The notes beneath the pieces are model-generated. The model was not told where the DNA came from. It searched no databases and saw nothing but the letters and a program-made list of their open reading frames with translations. A DNA stretch of 42,553 nucleotides from Verrucomicrobiota bacterium (GTDB lineage: Bacteria > Verrucomicrobiota > Kiritimatiellia > UBA8416): positions 1 through 42,553 of the forward strand of contig JABGOW010000245.1 of the NCBI GenBank assembly GCA_018645275.1. The letters are read 5' to 3'. This document shows positions 34,686 to 42,553 of the stretch, in pieces; within the stretch, counting starts at the first letter, position 1, and every line of letters begins with the position of its first letter. A program made the translations under genes and the position numbers.

Positions 34686-36032
34686 ATGATTCAACCACGC
34701 AACGCGCGTATCGTCTTCCTTCTAGCCGTAGGGCTTTTTTCTGTTTCGACTGTGTATGGATCCAGTCACTCTGTTGAGCACTTCATTCGGGAAGCCCTTG
34801 CGGCAAACCCCGGAACGCAGGCAGCCCTGTATCGCGTGGCCTCTGCCCGCGCAGCGCTGAAGCAGGCGCGATCCGCCTACTATCCGAGGCTCAGTGCTGG
34901 AGCGTCATACACCATTACCGACAATCCCCCGCAGTCATTTATGATGCAACTGAATCAGGGACGCCTGGATATGACGTCTCCTACCTTCGATCCCAACAAT
35001 CCTGATGATACCGAAAATATCCGACTCAGCTTGGCGCTGAGATACCGCCTCTACGATGGGCAGCGCGGAGCGAGTACAGCGATGGCGAAGCTCGGGCAGC
35101 GTGTGGCAGATTGCCAGTACCGGGCAGCCCGGAATGCCCTTGTTCATGAAGTCACGCGAGGCTACTACCAGGTTTTGCAAGCCCAGGCATTCGCGACGGT
35201 TCAAGCTCAGTCGCTCAAGAGTCTCGAAGAGAGTCTGCGAGTGGCCCGCGAACGATTCGAAGCGGGCAGCGCTGTAAAGACGGATGTTCTCAACCTGGAG
35301 GTCCAGGCAGCGCAGGCCCGCGAAGATCTCATCCGTGCCCGCAACGGCGGAAAGCTTGCAATCGCAGCCCTCAACATGGCGATTGGGAGGGATATCGTTC
35401 CTGACACAGGGATTGCCGCTCCCGACCAACTTCCTGCATCGCCGATGCCGGTATCCATGGAAGGCGATAGCGCGGTGAAAACGCGGGCGGAGTTTCAACT
35501 CGCTGAGTTGATGGTGCGCATACGTGAGCTCACCTACAAGAAATCCAAGCGTGAGCGGGGGCCCGTGGTGAATGCCTTTGGCTCGTTCGACTGGGACGGA
35601 GAAGATCTAAGCGAGCAGGAGGAGAGCTACCTGGCTGGAATCGCCATGGAGTGGGAGTGGTTCTCCGGCTTTCAGGACCAGGGCGCTGTTGATCAAGCCA
35701 GGGACGAGTGGCGAGCGGCTGAACAAGAGCGCGACCAGATTCGCAATCAGCTCCTGCTCGATCTCCGCCAAGCGGTTCTGGAAGCACAGGCGGCGCAGGA
35801 GCGCCTCGGTGTTATGCGCAAGAGTGTGAGCAGCGCCGAAGAGGCGCTACGGATTACCCGAGAGCGCTACAAGGAGGGCTCTTCTGATATCACGGTCCTG
35901 TTGATGTCGGAGGTGGGGCTCACAGCCACTCGCACACGGGACACGGCAGCGACATATGATTATCAGGTTGCACTGTCCAATATGGACCGTGCACGCGGAG
36001 CGCTGGCAACGCGCTATGAGACCGAACAGTAA
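34686..36032 (+). CDS. TolC-family outer-membrane efflux protein
   Basis: The start is MIQPRNARIVFLLAVGLFSVSTVYG (signal peptide). It has two OEP repeats with typical helical heptads (ARSAYYPRLSAGASYT..., LEVQAAQAREDLIRARN...). The ATG at 34659 is a possible alternative start. Confidence 0.85.
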   Translation: MIQPRNARIVFLLAVGLFSVSTVYGSSHSVEHFIREALAANPGTQAALYRVASARAALKQARSAYYPRLSAGASYTITDNPPQSFMMQLNQGRLDMTSPTFDPNNPDDTENIRLSLALRYRLYDGQRGASTAMAKLGQRVADCQYRAARNALVHEVTRGYYQVLQAQAFATVQAQSLKSLEESLRVARERFEAGSAVKTDVLNLEVQAAQAREDLIRARNGGKLAIAALNMAIGRDIVPDTGIAAPDQLPASPMPVSMEGDSAVKTRAEFQLAELMVRIRELTYKKSKRERGPVVNAFGSFDWDGEDLSEQEESYLAGIAMEWEWFSGFQDQGAVDQARDEWRAAEQERDQIRNQLLLDLRQAVLEAQAAQERLGVMRKSVSSAEEALRITRERYKEGSSDITVLLMSEVGLTATRTRDTAATYDYQVALSNMDRARGALATRYETEQ

Positions 36033-36058
36033 CCGCTTGTTTTGAAGGGAGAAACGAA

Positions 36059-37108
36059 ATGGATATCAAGCAGAAGATGGCAGGCTTTATAGGGCAAACG
36101 TGGAAGTTGTGGGTGGGTTTTCTGGGCCTCGTCGTGATCGTGCTATGGACGGCCGGGGTGTTGCGGACACGAACGGAACCGGGCAAGCTGGAGCACGCTC
36201 CCGGATTCGCGCTGCCGGCGGATGCGGCTACGATTGAAGCCAAAGTCGAAACTGTACACACGCGGGTTGATGTTGTGGGAACGGTTCAGTCCGAACGGAA
36301 AATCCACCTGAGCTCCCGCATTTCCGCCTACATCAAAGACGTATTGGTCAGCGCCGGCAAATCGGTCAAGGAAGGGGACCTTCTTGTTGAGCTTGATCAG
36401 CGTGAGATTCGTGAGCAGCTCGCGGCCTCCGAAGCGCAGTTGGCGCAGGCAGAAACGGCCTTTCAGCGTGCCAAGCGTCTGCTCGAAACCAATGCGACGA
36501 CCCCGCAGGACTACGAAGTTGCCGAATCGGCATTCAAGGGCGCGAGCGCAAACGTGGACGGCATCAAAGTCATGCTCTCCTACACGCGCATCGTCTCTCC
36601 TCTCGATGGCATTGTGACAGATCGCCGGATTGAGATCGGAGATCTAGCAAATCCAGGGCAGGTGCTGCTTTCCGTTTATGATGCATCGCGCATGCGGATG
36701 GAGGTCTCGGTTCCCGTTCGTTTGGTACAGCATTTCCCGGCCGGTCGCGTGGTCAATGCGGTATTGGATCAACCCGAGCGCACGCTCACAGGGGAGGTCG
36801 CTGAGATCGTCAGCGAAGTGGATTCAAAGACGCGCACTCAGCTCGTGAAGATCCAACTCAGAGATGCGACAGCCGCCCTTCCCGGAGCCTATGGCCATGT
36901 GTGGGTTGAATCTGAGCCGCATGATGCGGTGATGCTACCCGCGAGCGCGGTCTACGGCGTCGGGCAGCTTGAGTTTGTGCAGATCGTACGGGGTGACCGC
37001 GTCCTTCGGCGACTTGTCAGAACCGGGCCACGCGTCGAAGGTCGCGTCGAGATTCTGTCAGGTCTGGTTGCCGGAGAGCAAGTGCTCCTCAATCCCGTAA
37101 ATCGCTAG
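36059..37108 (+). CDS. RND efflux periplasmic adaptor (membrane fusion protein, HlyD/AcrA family)
   Basis: The 349-aa ORF has an N-terminal TM anchor, the lipoyl/hairpin motifs GDLLVELDQREIREQLAASEAQLAQAETAFQRAKRL, and YTRIVSPLDGIVTDR. Confidence 0.9.
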   Translation: MDIKQKMAGFIGQTWKLWVGFLGLVVIVLWTAGVLRTRTEPGKLEHAPGFALPADAATIEAKVETVHTRVDVVGTVQSERKIHLSSRISAYIKDVLVSAGKSVKEGDLLVELDQREIREQLAASEAQLAQAETAFQRAKRLLETNATTPQDYEVAESAFKGASANVDGIKVMLSYTRIVSPLDGIVTDRRIEIGDLANPGQVLLSVYDASRMRMEVSVPVRLVQHFPAGRVVNAVLDQPERTLTGEVAEIVSEVDSKTRTQLVKIQLRDATAALPGAYGHVWVESEPHDAVMLPASAVYGVGQLEFVQIVRGDRVLRRLVRTGPRVEGRVEILSGLVAGEQVLLNPVNR

Positions 37109-37123
37109 AGGAGATATCCAGAC

Positions 37124-40100
37124 ATGGAAGAGAAACGTACATTCTTGATGGGTATCGTGGAGAGTTTCCTTCGCGGCAATCTCCCCGTCCTCATTATTCT
37201 CATGAGTCTGATCGCGGGGATGCTGGCGCTGACCGTAACCCCGCGCGAAGAGGAGCCGCAGATCGTCGTGCCCCTGGCCGATGTCATGGTGAGCTATCCC
37301 GGTGGCAGCGCCGAGGATGTCGAACGGCTCGTGTCGTCTCGGTTGGAACGACTGCTCTACCAGATTGATGGTGTCGAGTATGTCTACTCCATGTCCCGTC
37401 CGGGCATGGCGGTGGTAACCGTGCGGTTCTTCGTGGGTGAGGATCGCGAGGACAGCCTACTGAAGCTCTACAACAAGCTGAGCCAGAACATGGATCGCGT
37501 CACGCCTGGTATTACAGGCTGGGTCGTGAAACCCATCGAAATTGACGATGTTCCCATTGTCAACGCTACGCTGCACAGTGACATGTATGACACCTACCAG
37601 CTCCACCGCGTGGCAGAAGAAGTGGTCACCAAACTCCAGCATGTTGCCGATAGTGCGCGCATCACGATTCACGGCGGCGAGGCCCGCACGGTCTACGCCT
37701 ATCTCGATCCAGAGCGATTGGCGGCCTATGGGCTGTCCACGCAAGAAATACAGGGGGCATTGGGCGTCTCTAACGTGCAGGGCTCCGGAGGACAGTTTGA
37801 ACAGGGAGACGCCGCAATCCAAGTTGAAGCCGGGCCGTTTATACGCACCGTGGAGGAGCTGGATAACGTGATGGTTGGCGTACTTGAAGACCGCCCCATC
37901 TACCTGCGGGATGTTGCAGAGGTTGTGGATGGCCCTGCCGAGGCGACAACCTACAGCCGCTTTTCGATTGGCCCCGCCGGCGAAGGTGTGGCGCAGGGCT
38001 CTCCTGCTGTTACCGTTTCCGTCGCCAAGAAGAAGGGCGCAAATGCCGTCTGGGTGGCGCAAGAGGTGCAATCCGTCCTCGACGCACTACAAGGCTCTAT
38101 CATTCCGGATGAGGTCGAAGTCCACATCACACGAGACTATGGCGCAACGGCAGACGACAAAGTGAACAATCTCGTCTACAGCCTGGGGCTGGCCGTGGTC
38201 ACGGTCATTGGAATGCTGGCCCTGACGATGAGCTGGCGCGAAGGGCTGATCGTTGCCCTGGCCGTTCCCATTACCTATTCGCTGACTCTACTCTGTAACT
38301 ACCTGCTCGGCTATACCATCAATCGCGTCACGCTGTTTGCCCTGATTCTAGCCCTCGGGCTTCTGGTGGACGATCCTATCGCGGGCGTCGAGAACATTGA
38401 ACGTCACTTCAAGATGGCCCTGCACTCGAAGATCCAGTCAGTGATCAATGCGATGAGTGAAATCATGCCGCCAGTCATCCTCTCGACGCTGGCTATCATC
38501 ATTGCCTTCACCCCCATGTTCTTCATTACGGGCATGATGGGCCCTTACATGCGTCCGATGGCTCTGAATGTCCCGATTGCCGTATTGATGTCAACGGTCG
38601 TTGCCCTCACGGTGACGCCTTGGCTTTCCAGCAAGCTGCTGCGCTTTGGCGCTCCTGACAAAGGCCATGAGGTGGATGTTCGCAAGACCCGCCTCTATCG
38701 CTTCTATACAGGCCTGGTCGGACCATTCATTAACTCGCGTCGCCGCAGTGTGACGCTGCTATGCGTGGTTGCACTTCTGTTTGCGGGGTCCATTGGGCTG
38801 ACGGTAACCGGACTCGTCCCTCTGAAGATGCTGCCGTTCGACAATAAGAACGAGTTCCAGGTTCTAATTGATACGCCCGAGGCCACGACGCTGGAGTCTA
38901 CAGACGCCGTCGTACGGGAAGTGGAGCACTATCTGCGCACGATTCCTGAAGTTACGGATTTCACGACTCTGGTGGGTATCGGATCACCGATGGACTTCAA
39001 TGGAATGGTGCGCCATTACTACCTCCGCCAGGGATCGAACGTTGCCGATATCCGCGTCAACTTGCTGCATCGAGATGATCGCAAAATGGACAGCCATGCT
39101 CTCGTGCTACGGATTCGCAATGACATTGCCGCCATTGCGGAACAGACGGGAGCATCCATCAAGTTGATCGAAGTTCCACCGGGCCCACCCGTATTGTCCA
39201 CGATTGTTGCCGAGGTCTATGGGCAGCCTCATCATGCTTACGACGATCTGATCGCGGCGTCGGGCGTTGTGCGCGCACGCCTGGCCACGGAAGAGGGCAT
39301 TGTCGATCTTGATGACTCGGTTGAAACGACGCAGCGCCGGGTAGTTTTTGAAGTCGACCGCGACAAGGCAGGACGCAACGGTATCAGCGTCCAAAATGTG
39401 GTCTCCTCCCTTCAGCTTGCCCTTGCTGGCCAAACGGCGGGTCTTGTTCATATTGCCACGGAGCAGAATGAGTTGCCGATTGTCTTACGCCTACGTCGCG
39501 AAGACCGCTCTTCGGTGGCCTTACTGAAGACTGTTGCTGTGAAAGGTGTGCAGGGCAATGTTGTACAGCTTGGGGAGCTCGGATCATTCCATGAGAAGAC
39601 GGCTGAGAAGACGATCTTCCACAAGAACCAGAAACGTGTGGTCTACGTAACTTCCGAGATCGCTGGCCGCGGACCCGCCTACGCCATTCTCAACCTGCAG
39701 TCACACTTCAAGAAGAACCCGCTGCCTGAGGGCATTGCAATCGACTGGCGTGGGGAGGGAGAGTGGAAAATCACGCTCGATGTGTTCCGCGACTTGGGAA
39801 TTGCATTCTCTATCGCGCTTCTTGGTCTCTATGTACTCCTCGTCTATGAGACCGCATCCTATCTGCTGCCCGTGGTCATCATGCTCTCCATTCCACTGAT
39901 GATGATTGGCATCATGCCGGGATTCTGGCTGCTCAACGTGCTGGTAAATCGGCCCGTTGGTGGATTCGACAACCCGGTGTTTTTCACGGCGACAGCGATG
40001 ATCGGTATGATCGCGCTCTGTGGCATCGTGGTGCGCAACGCGATCGTGCTGATTGAGTTCATCAAGCAGAGCCGGGAGCGGGGCGAATCGTTGCATGATG

Positions 40101-40315
40101 CTATCATCGAGTCCGGTGCCGTGCGCATGCGTCCGATCCTGCTTACTGCAGGCACGACTCTGCTGGGGGCGTGGCCAATCACGTTCGACCCGATTTTCAG
40201 CGGGCTGGCGTGGTCGCTCATGTTTGGTCTCCTGGTTTCAACCGTGTTCACACTAGTGGTGATCCCGGTGGTCTATAACATGATCTATGGCAAGGCGGAA
40301 GCGCGCGAGATCTGA
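37124..40315 (+). CDS. RND-superfamily efflux transporter permease (AcrB/CzcA family)
   Basis: The 1063-aa ORF has 12-TM topology with two large periplasmic loops. Conserved TM4 region: FALILALGLLVDDPIAGVENIERH. I cannot subtype the substrate class (HAE versus HME). Confidence 0.92.
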   Translation: MEEKRTFLMGIVESFLRGNLPVLIILMSLIAGMLALTVTPREEEPQIVVPLADVMVSYPGGSAEDVERLVSSRLERLLYQIDGVEYVYSMSRPGMAVVTVRFFVGEDREDSLLKLYNKLSQNMDRVTPGITGWVVKPIEIDDVPIVNATLHSDMYDTYQLHRVAEEVVTKLQHVADSARITIHGGEARTVYAYLDPERLAAYGLSTQEIQGALGVSNVQGSGGQFEQGDAAIQVEAGPFIRTVEELDNVMVGVLEDRPIYLRDVAEVVDGPAEATTYSRFSIGPAGEGVAQGSPAVTVSVAKKKGANAVWVAQEVQSVLDALQGSIIPDEVEVHITRDYGATADDKVNNLVYSLGLAVVTVIGMLALTMSWREGLIVALAVPITYSLTLLCNYLLGYTINRVTLFALILALGLLVDDPIAGVENIERHFKMALHSKIQSVINAMSEIMPPVILSTLAIIIAFTPMFFITGMMGPYMRPMALNVPIAVLMSTVVALTVTPWLSSKLLRFGAPDKGHEVDVRKTRLYRFYTGLVGPFINSRRRSVTLLCVVALLFAGSIGLTVTGLVPLKMLPFDNKNEFQVLIDTPEATTLESTDAVVREVEHYLRTIPEVTDFTTLVGIGSPMDFNGMVRHYYLRQGSNVADIRVNLLHRDDRKMDSHALVLRIRNDIAAIAEQTGASIKLIEVPPGPPVLSTIVAEVYGQPHHAYDDLIAASGVVRARLATEEGIVDLDDSVETTQRRVVFEVDRDKAGRNGISVQNVVSSLQLALAGQTAGLVHIATEQNELPIVLRLRREDRSSVALLKTVAVKGVQGNVVQLGELGSFHEKTAEKTIFHKNQKRVVYVTSEIAGRGPAYAILNLQSHFKKNPLPEGIAIDWRGEGEWKITLDVFRDLGIAFSIALLGLYVLLVYETASYLLPVVIMLSIPLMMIGIMPGFWLLNVLVNRPVGGFDNPVFFTATAMIGMIALCGIVVRNAIVLIEFIKQSRERGESLHDAIIESGAVRMRPILLTAGTTLLGAWPITFDPIFSGLAWSLMFGLLVSTVFTLVVIPVVYNMIYGKAEAREI

Positions 40316-40334
40316 CAAAGAAGGAGAGATACAC

Positions 40335-40541
40335 GTGAAACGAGATATGATTGCAACGGATTGGATTCACGTCGTGGCGGGACTGTTCATCATGGCTAGC
40401 TTGGCACTTGGCATCTGGGTGCACCGCGGCTGGTTCTTCTTCACCGCCTTCGTTGGTCTGAACCTTTTCCAATTCGGCTTCACCGGTTTCTGCCCCATGA
40501 ATGCCATCCTCCTCAAACTCGGCGTTAAGCCTAACCGCTAG
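40335..40541 (+). CDS. DUF2892 (YgaP-like) small two-TM membrane protein
   Basis: It reads (V)KRDMIATDWIHVVAGLFIMASLALGIWVHRGWFFFTAFVGLNLFQFGFTGFCPMNAILLKLG. An AAGGAGAG RBS lies before the GTG at 40335; the ATG at 40347 is an alternative. Confidence 0.75.
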   Translation: MKRDMIATDWIHVVAGLFIMASLALGIWVHRGWFFFTAFVGLNLFQFGFTGFCPMNAILLKLGVKPNR

Positions 40542-40576
40542 TGTTGGCGGCGCAATTCGAGTGCTAAACCGTCACC

Positions 40577-40660
40577 CGGGGCGAGGGCGCCCCGGCTCCA
40601 TTGTCTGAAGAAGAGGTCTGGTTGTAGCAATGGAGGCGGCCCGCCCTCGGGCCGCTACAA
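40577..40660 (-). repeat. R4 structured element, copy 2 (downstream of efflux cassette, inverted)
   Basis: It reads cggggcgagggcgccccggctccatt - 26-nt core - aatggaggcggcccgccctcgggccgctacaa. The arms are 26/26 and 32/32 identical to the reverse complement of copy 1, while the core is unrelated. Confidence 0.9.
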
Positions 40661-40784
40661 AACCGCGTTCTGCATGACAACGCAGAACGTCCAAGCACAA
40701 CCACTCTGGACAGCGCTCCCTCTTGCCGGTAGCATCGCCGGTATTGTAGCGTGTTCAACTGAACGGCAAGAAAAGGAGTTACCA

Positions 40785-41147
40785 GTGATAGTGGTAAACA
40801 CGGAGACGATTCCTGGTTATACAATTACAAGGGTGCAGGGCATGGTACAGGGCAACACCGTGCGTGCGAAGCACGCCGGGCGTGACATTGCCGCCGGTTT
40901 CAAGAACCTGGTAGGGGGAGAGCTGAAAGGCTACACGGAATTGCTGACGGATTCCCGCCGCGAAGCTCTTGAGAGGATGTTGGCGCAGGCTCAAGAGTTG
41001 GGTGCCAATGCGGTTGTCAATGTGCGCTTCTCGACAAGTGCCGTAACGGCCGGTGCGGCAGAACTTTACGCCTACGGAACGGCCGTCACTGCCGAAGCGG
41101 CTATCGCCGCACCCCCTCCCCCGTTGCCCCCTCAACAAGACGCGTAG
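40785..41147 (+). CDS. YbjQ-family (UPF0145 / heavy-metal-binding-domain-like) protein with Pro-rich tail
   Basis: The GTG start has AAGGAG 6 nt upstream. It reads VIVVNTETIPGYTITRVQGMVQGNTVRAKHAGRDIAAGFKNLVGGELKGYTELL...GANAVVNVRFSTSAV...YGTAV, with tail AAPPPPLPPQQDA. Confidence 0.8.
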   Translation: MIVVNTETIPGYTITRVQGMVQGNTVRAKHAGRDIAAGFKNLVGGELKGYTELLTDSRREALERMLAQAQELGANAVVNVRFSTSAVTAGAAELYAYGTAVTAEAAIAAPPPPLPPQQDA

Positions 41148-41159
41148 GGGAGAACGACG

Positions 41160-41645
41160 ATGGAAGAGCTTATTGGAATGCTGGTGCAGATTGTCGTCTT
41201 TGGTGGCCTTCTGCTATTGGGCTTGTTGGCTGGCGGCCATGCGGAACGAAAACACTTGCGTGCGCTCGAGCAACGCGAAGCGGCTCTGGCCGGAATGCTG
41301 GTTACAGACCTGAAGACCTTTCCCGGAGGGACGGAAGACGCCCTGACACCCGAAATAGTCATTGGTGAGGCCTCAATCGCATGCGACTACCTCAAGGCCT
41401 TTCTGGCCTCATTGCGCAATCTGATCGGAGGCGAAGTACGTTCATTCGAAACACTGCAATTGCGTGCACGACGTGAAGCGACCTTGCGCGCGATGGAGCA
41501 AGCCCACGCCAAGGGGTTCAACGCACTGGGCAACCTGCGGCTTGAGATGGCTGATATTGGGGGGAGTATCGTGACCAATCAGAAGCGCAAAATGGTCGTT
41601 GTCAGTGTTATCGCCTATGCTACGGCCTATGTGCGGCCAGTCTGA
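41160..41645 (+). CDS. Membrane-anchored YbjQ-family (UPF0145-like) protein
   Basis: It has the N-terminal TM helix LVQIVVFGGLLLLGLLAGG. The YbjQ-like core follows: GEASIACDYLKAFLASLRNLIGGEVRSFETLQLRARREATLRAMEQAHAKGFNALGNLRLE. Confidence 0.7.
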   Translation: MEELIGMLVQIVVFGGLLLLGLLAGGHAERKHLRALEQREAALAGMLVTDLKTFPGGTEDALTPEIVIGEASIACDYLKAFLASLRNLIGGEVRSFETLQLRARREATLRAMEQAHAKGFNALGNLRLEMADIGGSIVTNQKRKMVVVSVIAYATAYVRPV

Positions 41646-41656
41646 TGGGGTAAATC

Positions 41657-42418
41657 ATGCCCAAGTCCAACGACTCCGTATTTAACGAGCCCCATTTTCG
41701 CGGTGACGGTTTCGTTGGCGATCCGTCGGACGTTGCCGCCCCCGCAGCCCAGCTTCCAGAACCCGATGAGCCGCTTCCCGTGGGACAAGGCGCGTGGGAT
41801 GAACCCGCACTCAGCCATGATCTCGCGGGAGAGCGTCCTGCAGAAGTGCAGACGTATGCGCAGTGGCTGGAGGCGGGATTGGCGCGCATCTCCTGGGGGG
41901 AATCCTGGGGAATCACCTTCGCACTGTCGTTGGGATCTGGACTCTGGGCTGTTATCGGTGCCCTCTTGAGCCAGGTCCAGAGCGGCACAGCGGGGGGCGT
42001 ACTTCTAATCGTGGTCTTCGGGCCGCTCGCCGAAGAGATGCTAAAGGCCGCGGCCGCCCTGATGACCATTGAGAAATGGCCGTATGTGTTTCGTTCACCG
42101 AGTCAGATCGTGCTGTGTTGCATTGCGGCCGCGGTGGGATTTGCAGCCCTGGAAAACCTGCTCTACCTGAAGCTCTACACTTCCGAGCCTCCAGAGCTGC
42201 TCATCAGGTGGCGATGGACTGTCTGTGTGCTTCTGCATGTTACCGGCTCGGTGATTGCCTCGCTGGGGCTTGTCCGAATCTGGCGGAAGACCATGGAAAC
42301 CCGCCAGCCACCGCGCGTTTCGTTGGGAACCCCCTACTTCATTACCGCCGCCACCGTACACGGCATCTACAACTTCCTCGCAATCCTCGCCAATCCCATG
42401 TTCGCAGGGGGACCCTAA
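41657..42418 (+). CDS. PrsW-family (glutamic/metallo-type) intramembrane protease-like protein
   Basis: The 253-aa ORF has an acidic, Pro-rich cytoplasmic N-terminus followed by TM helices. The helices carry PLAEEMLK, GFAALENLLY, LLHVTGS and VHGIYNF motifs, as in PrsW/CPBP-type proteases. Confidence 0.7.
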   Translation: MPKSNDSVFNEPHFRGDGFVGDPSDVAAPAAQLPEPDEPLPVGQGAWDEPALSHDLAGERPAEVQTYAQWLEAGLARISWGESWGITFALSLGSGLWAVIGALLSQVQSGTAGGVLLIVVFGPLAEEMLKAAAALMTIEKWPYVFRSPSQIVLCCIAAAVGFAALENLLYLKLYTSEPPELLIRWRWTVCVLLHVTGSVIASLGLVRIWRKTMETRQPPRVSLGTPYFITAATVHGIYNFLAILANPMFAGGP

Positions 42419-42553
42419 TAGTTGTTTTTTCGTGTCAGTCCCCGTTGTATGTCGGCCCGAAGGGTCGGTATCATCGTAGCCCCGGGTATTGCCCGGGGTA
42501 TACCTCACATCTTCTCGACGTCTTATGTCGTGAATGCGGTGACGATTGTGGCT

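Noticed and set aside
1-42553. CRISPR array, prophage, integrative element or IS.
   Set aside because: The repeats are not regularly spaced direct repeats with unique spacers. No cas, integrase, transposase, recombinase, capsid or terminase-like ORF was seen in any frame. The tRNA-Gln at 18087 has no adjacent integrase or direct repeat of its 3' end.
42419-42553. GC hairpins after the PrsW-like gene (cggcccgaagggtcgg, ccccgggtattgcccgggg).
   Set aside because: They look like further REP-like hairpins. They are too close to the window edge to define a repeat unit, and no T-run supports a terminator call.

Overview
This window is the chromosomal replication-origin neighbourhood (dnaA-dnaN) of a moderately GC-rich bacterium. 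Protein flavour and repeat content suggest a PVC-group organism (Verrucomicrobiota/Kiritimatiellota-like), but that is inference only. All calls come from reading the ORF translations and the DNA by eye; no searches were run, and all identity counts are hand counts.

I can support 35 protein-coding genes, two probable gene remnants, one tRNA-Gln(CUG) and one textbook intrinsic terminator. I saw no rRNA, CRISPR array, transposase, integrase or phage genes.

Housekeeping genes: tkt, murA, dnaA, dnaN, leuB, asd, rmuC, an rlmN-like radical SAM gene, a DHOD-like flavoprotein, a prepilin peptidase and an M24 peptidase.

Accessory or poorly understood modules:
- LemA-TPM-TPM.
- A second LemA with DUF3137 and a Kv-type K+ channel carrying a zinc-ribbon tail.
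- A DUF3524 (GTDC1/QTMAN-like) glycosyltransferase.
- An M14 peptidase coupled to a MATE-like membrane protein.
- A REC-PAS-HK-REC hybrid kinase.
- A SLOG (MoCo-carrier-like) gene translationally coupled to the rlmN-like gene.
- A secreted SNase-ComEA fusion.
- A TolC-MFP-RND efflux operon followed by DUF2892, two YbjQ-family genes and a PrsW-type protease.

The most unusual content is non-coding. Nearly every long intergenic spacer holds GC-rich structured repeats from at least five families:
- A roughly 300-nt nested hairpin after asd, which has a homologous unit upstream of tkt.
- An 84-nt element with 100 percent identical arms but unrelated 26-nt cores, in inverted orientation on both sides of the efflux cassette.
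- A 227-nt nested palindrome and a 205-nt nested palindrome.
- Two short repeat families that generate spurious ORFs.

I cannot point to a validated new system. The structured-repeat elements and three conserved-unknown gene modules are the best leads.
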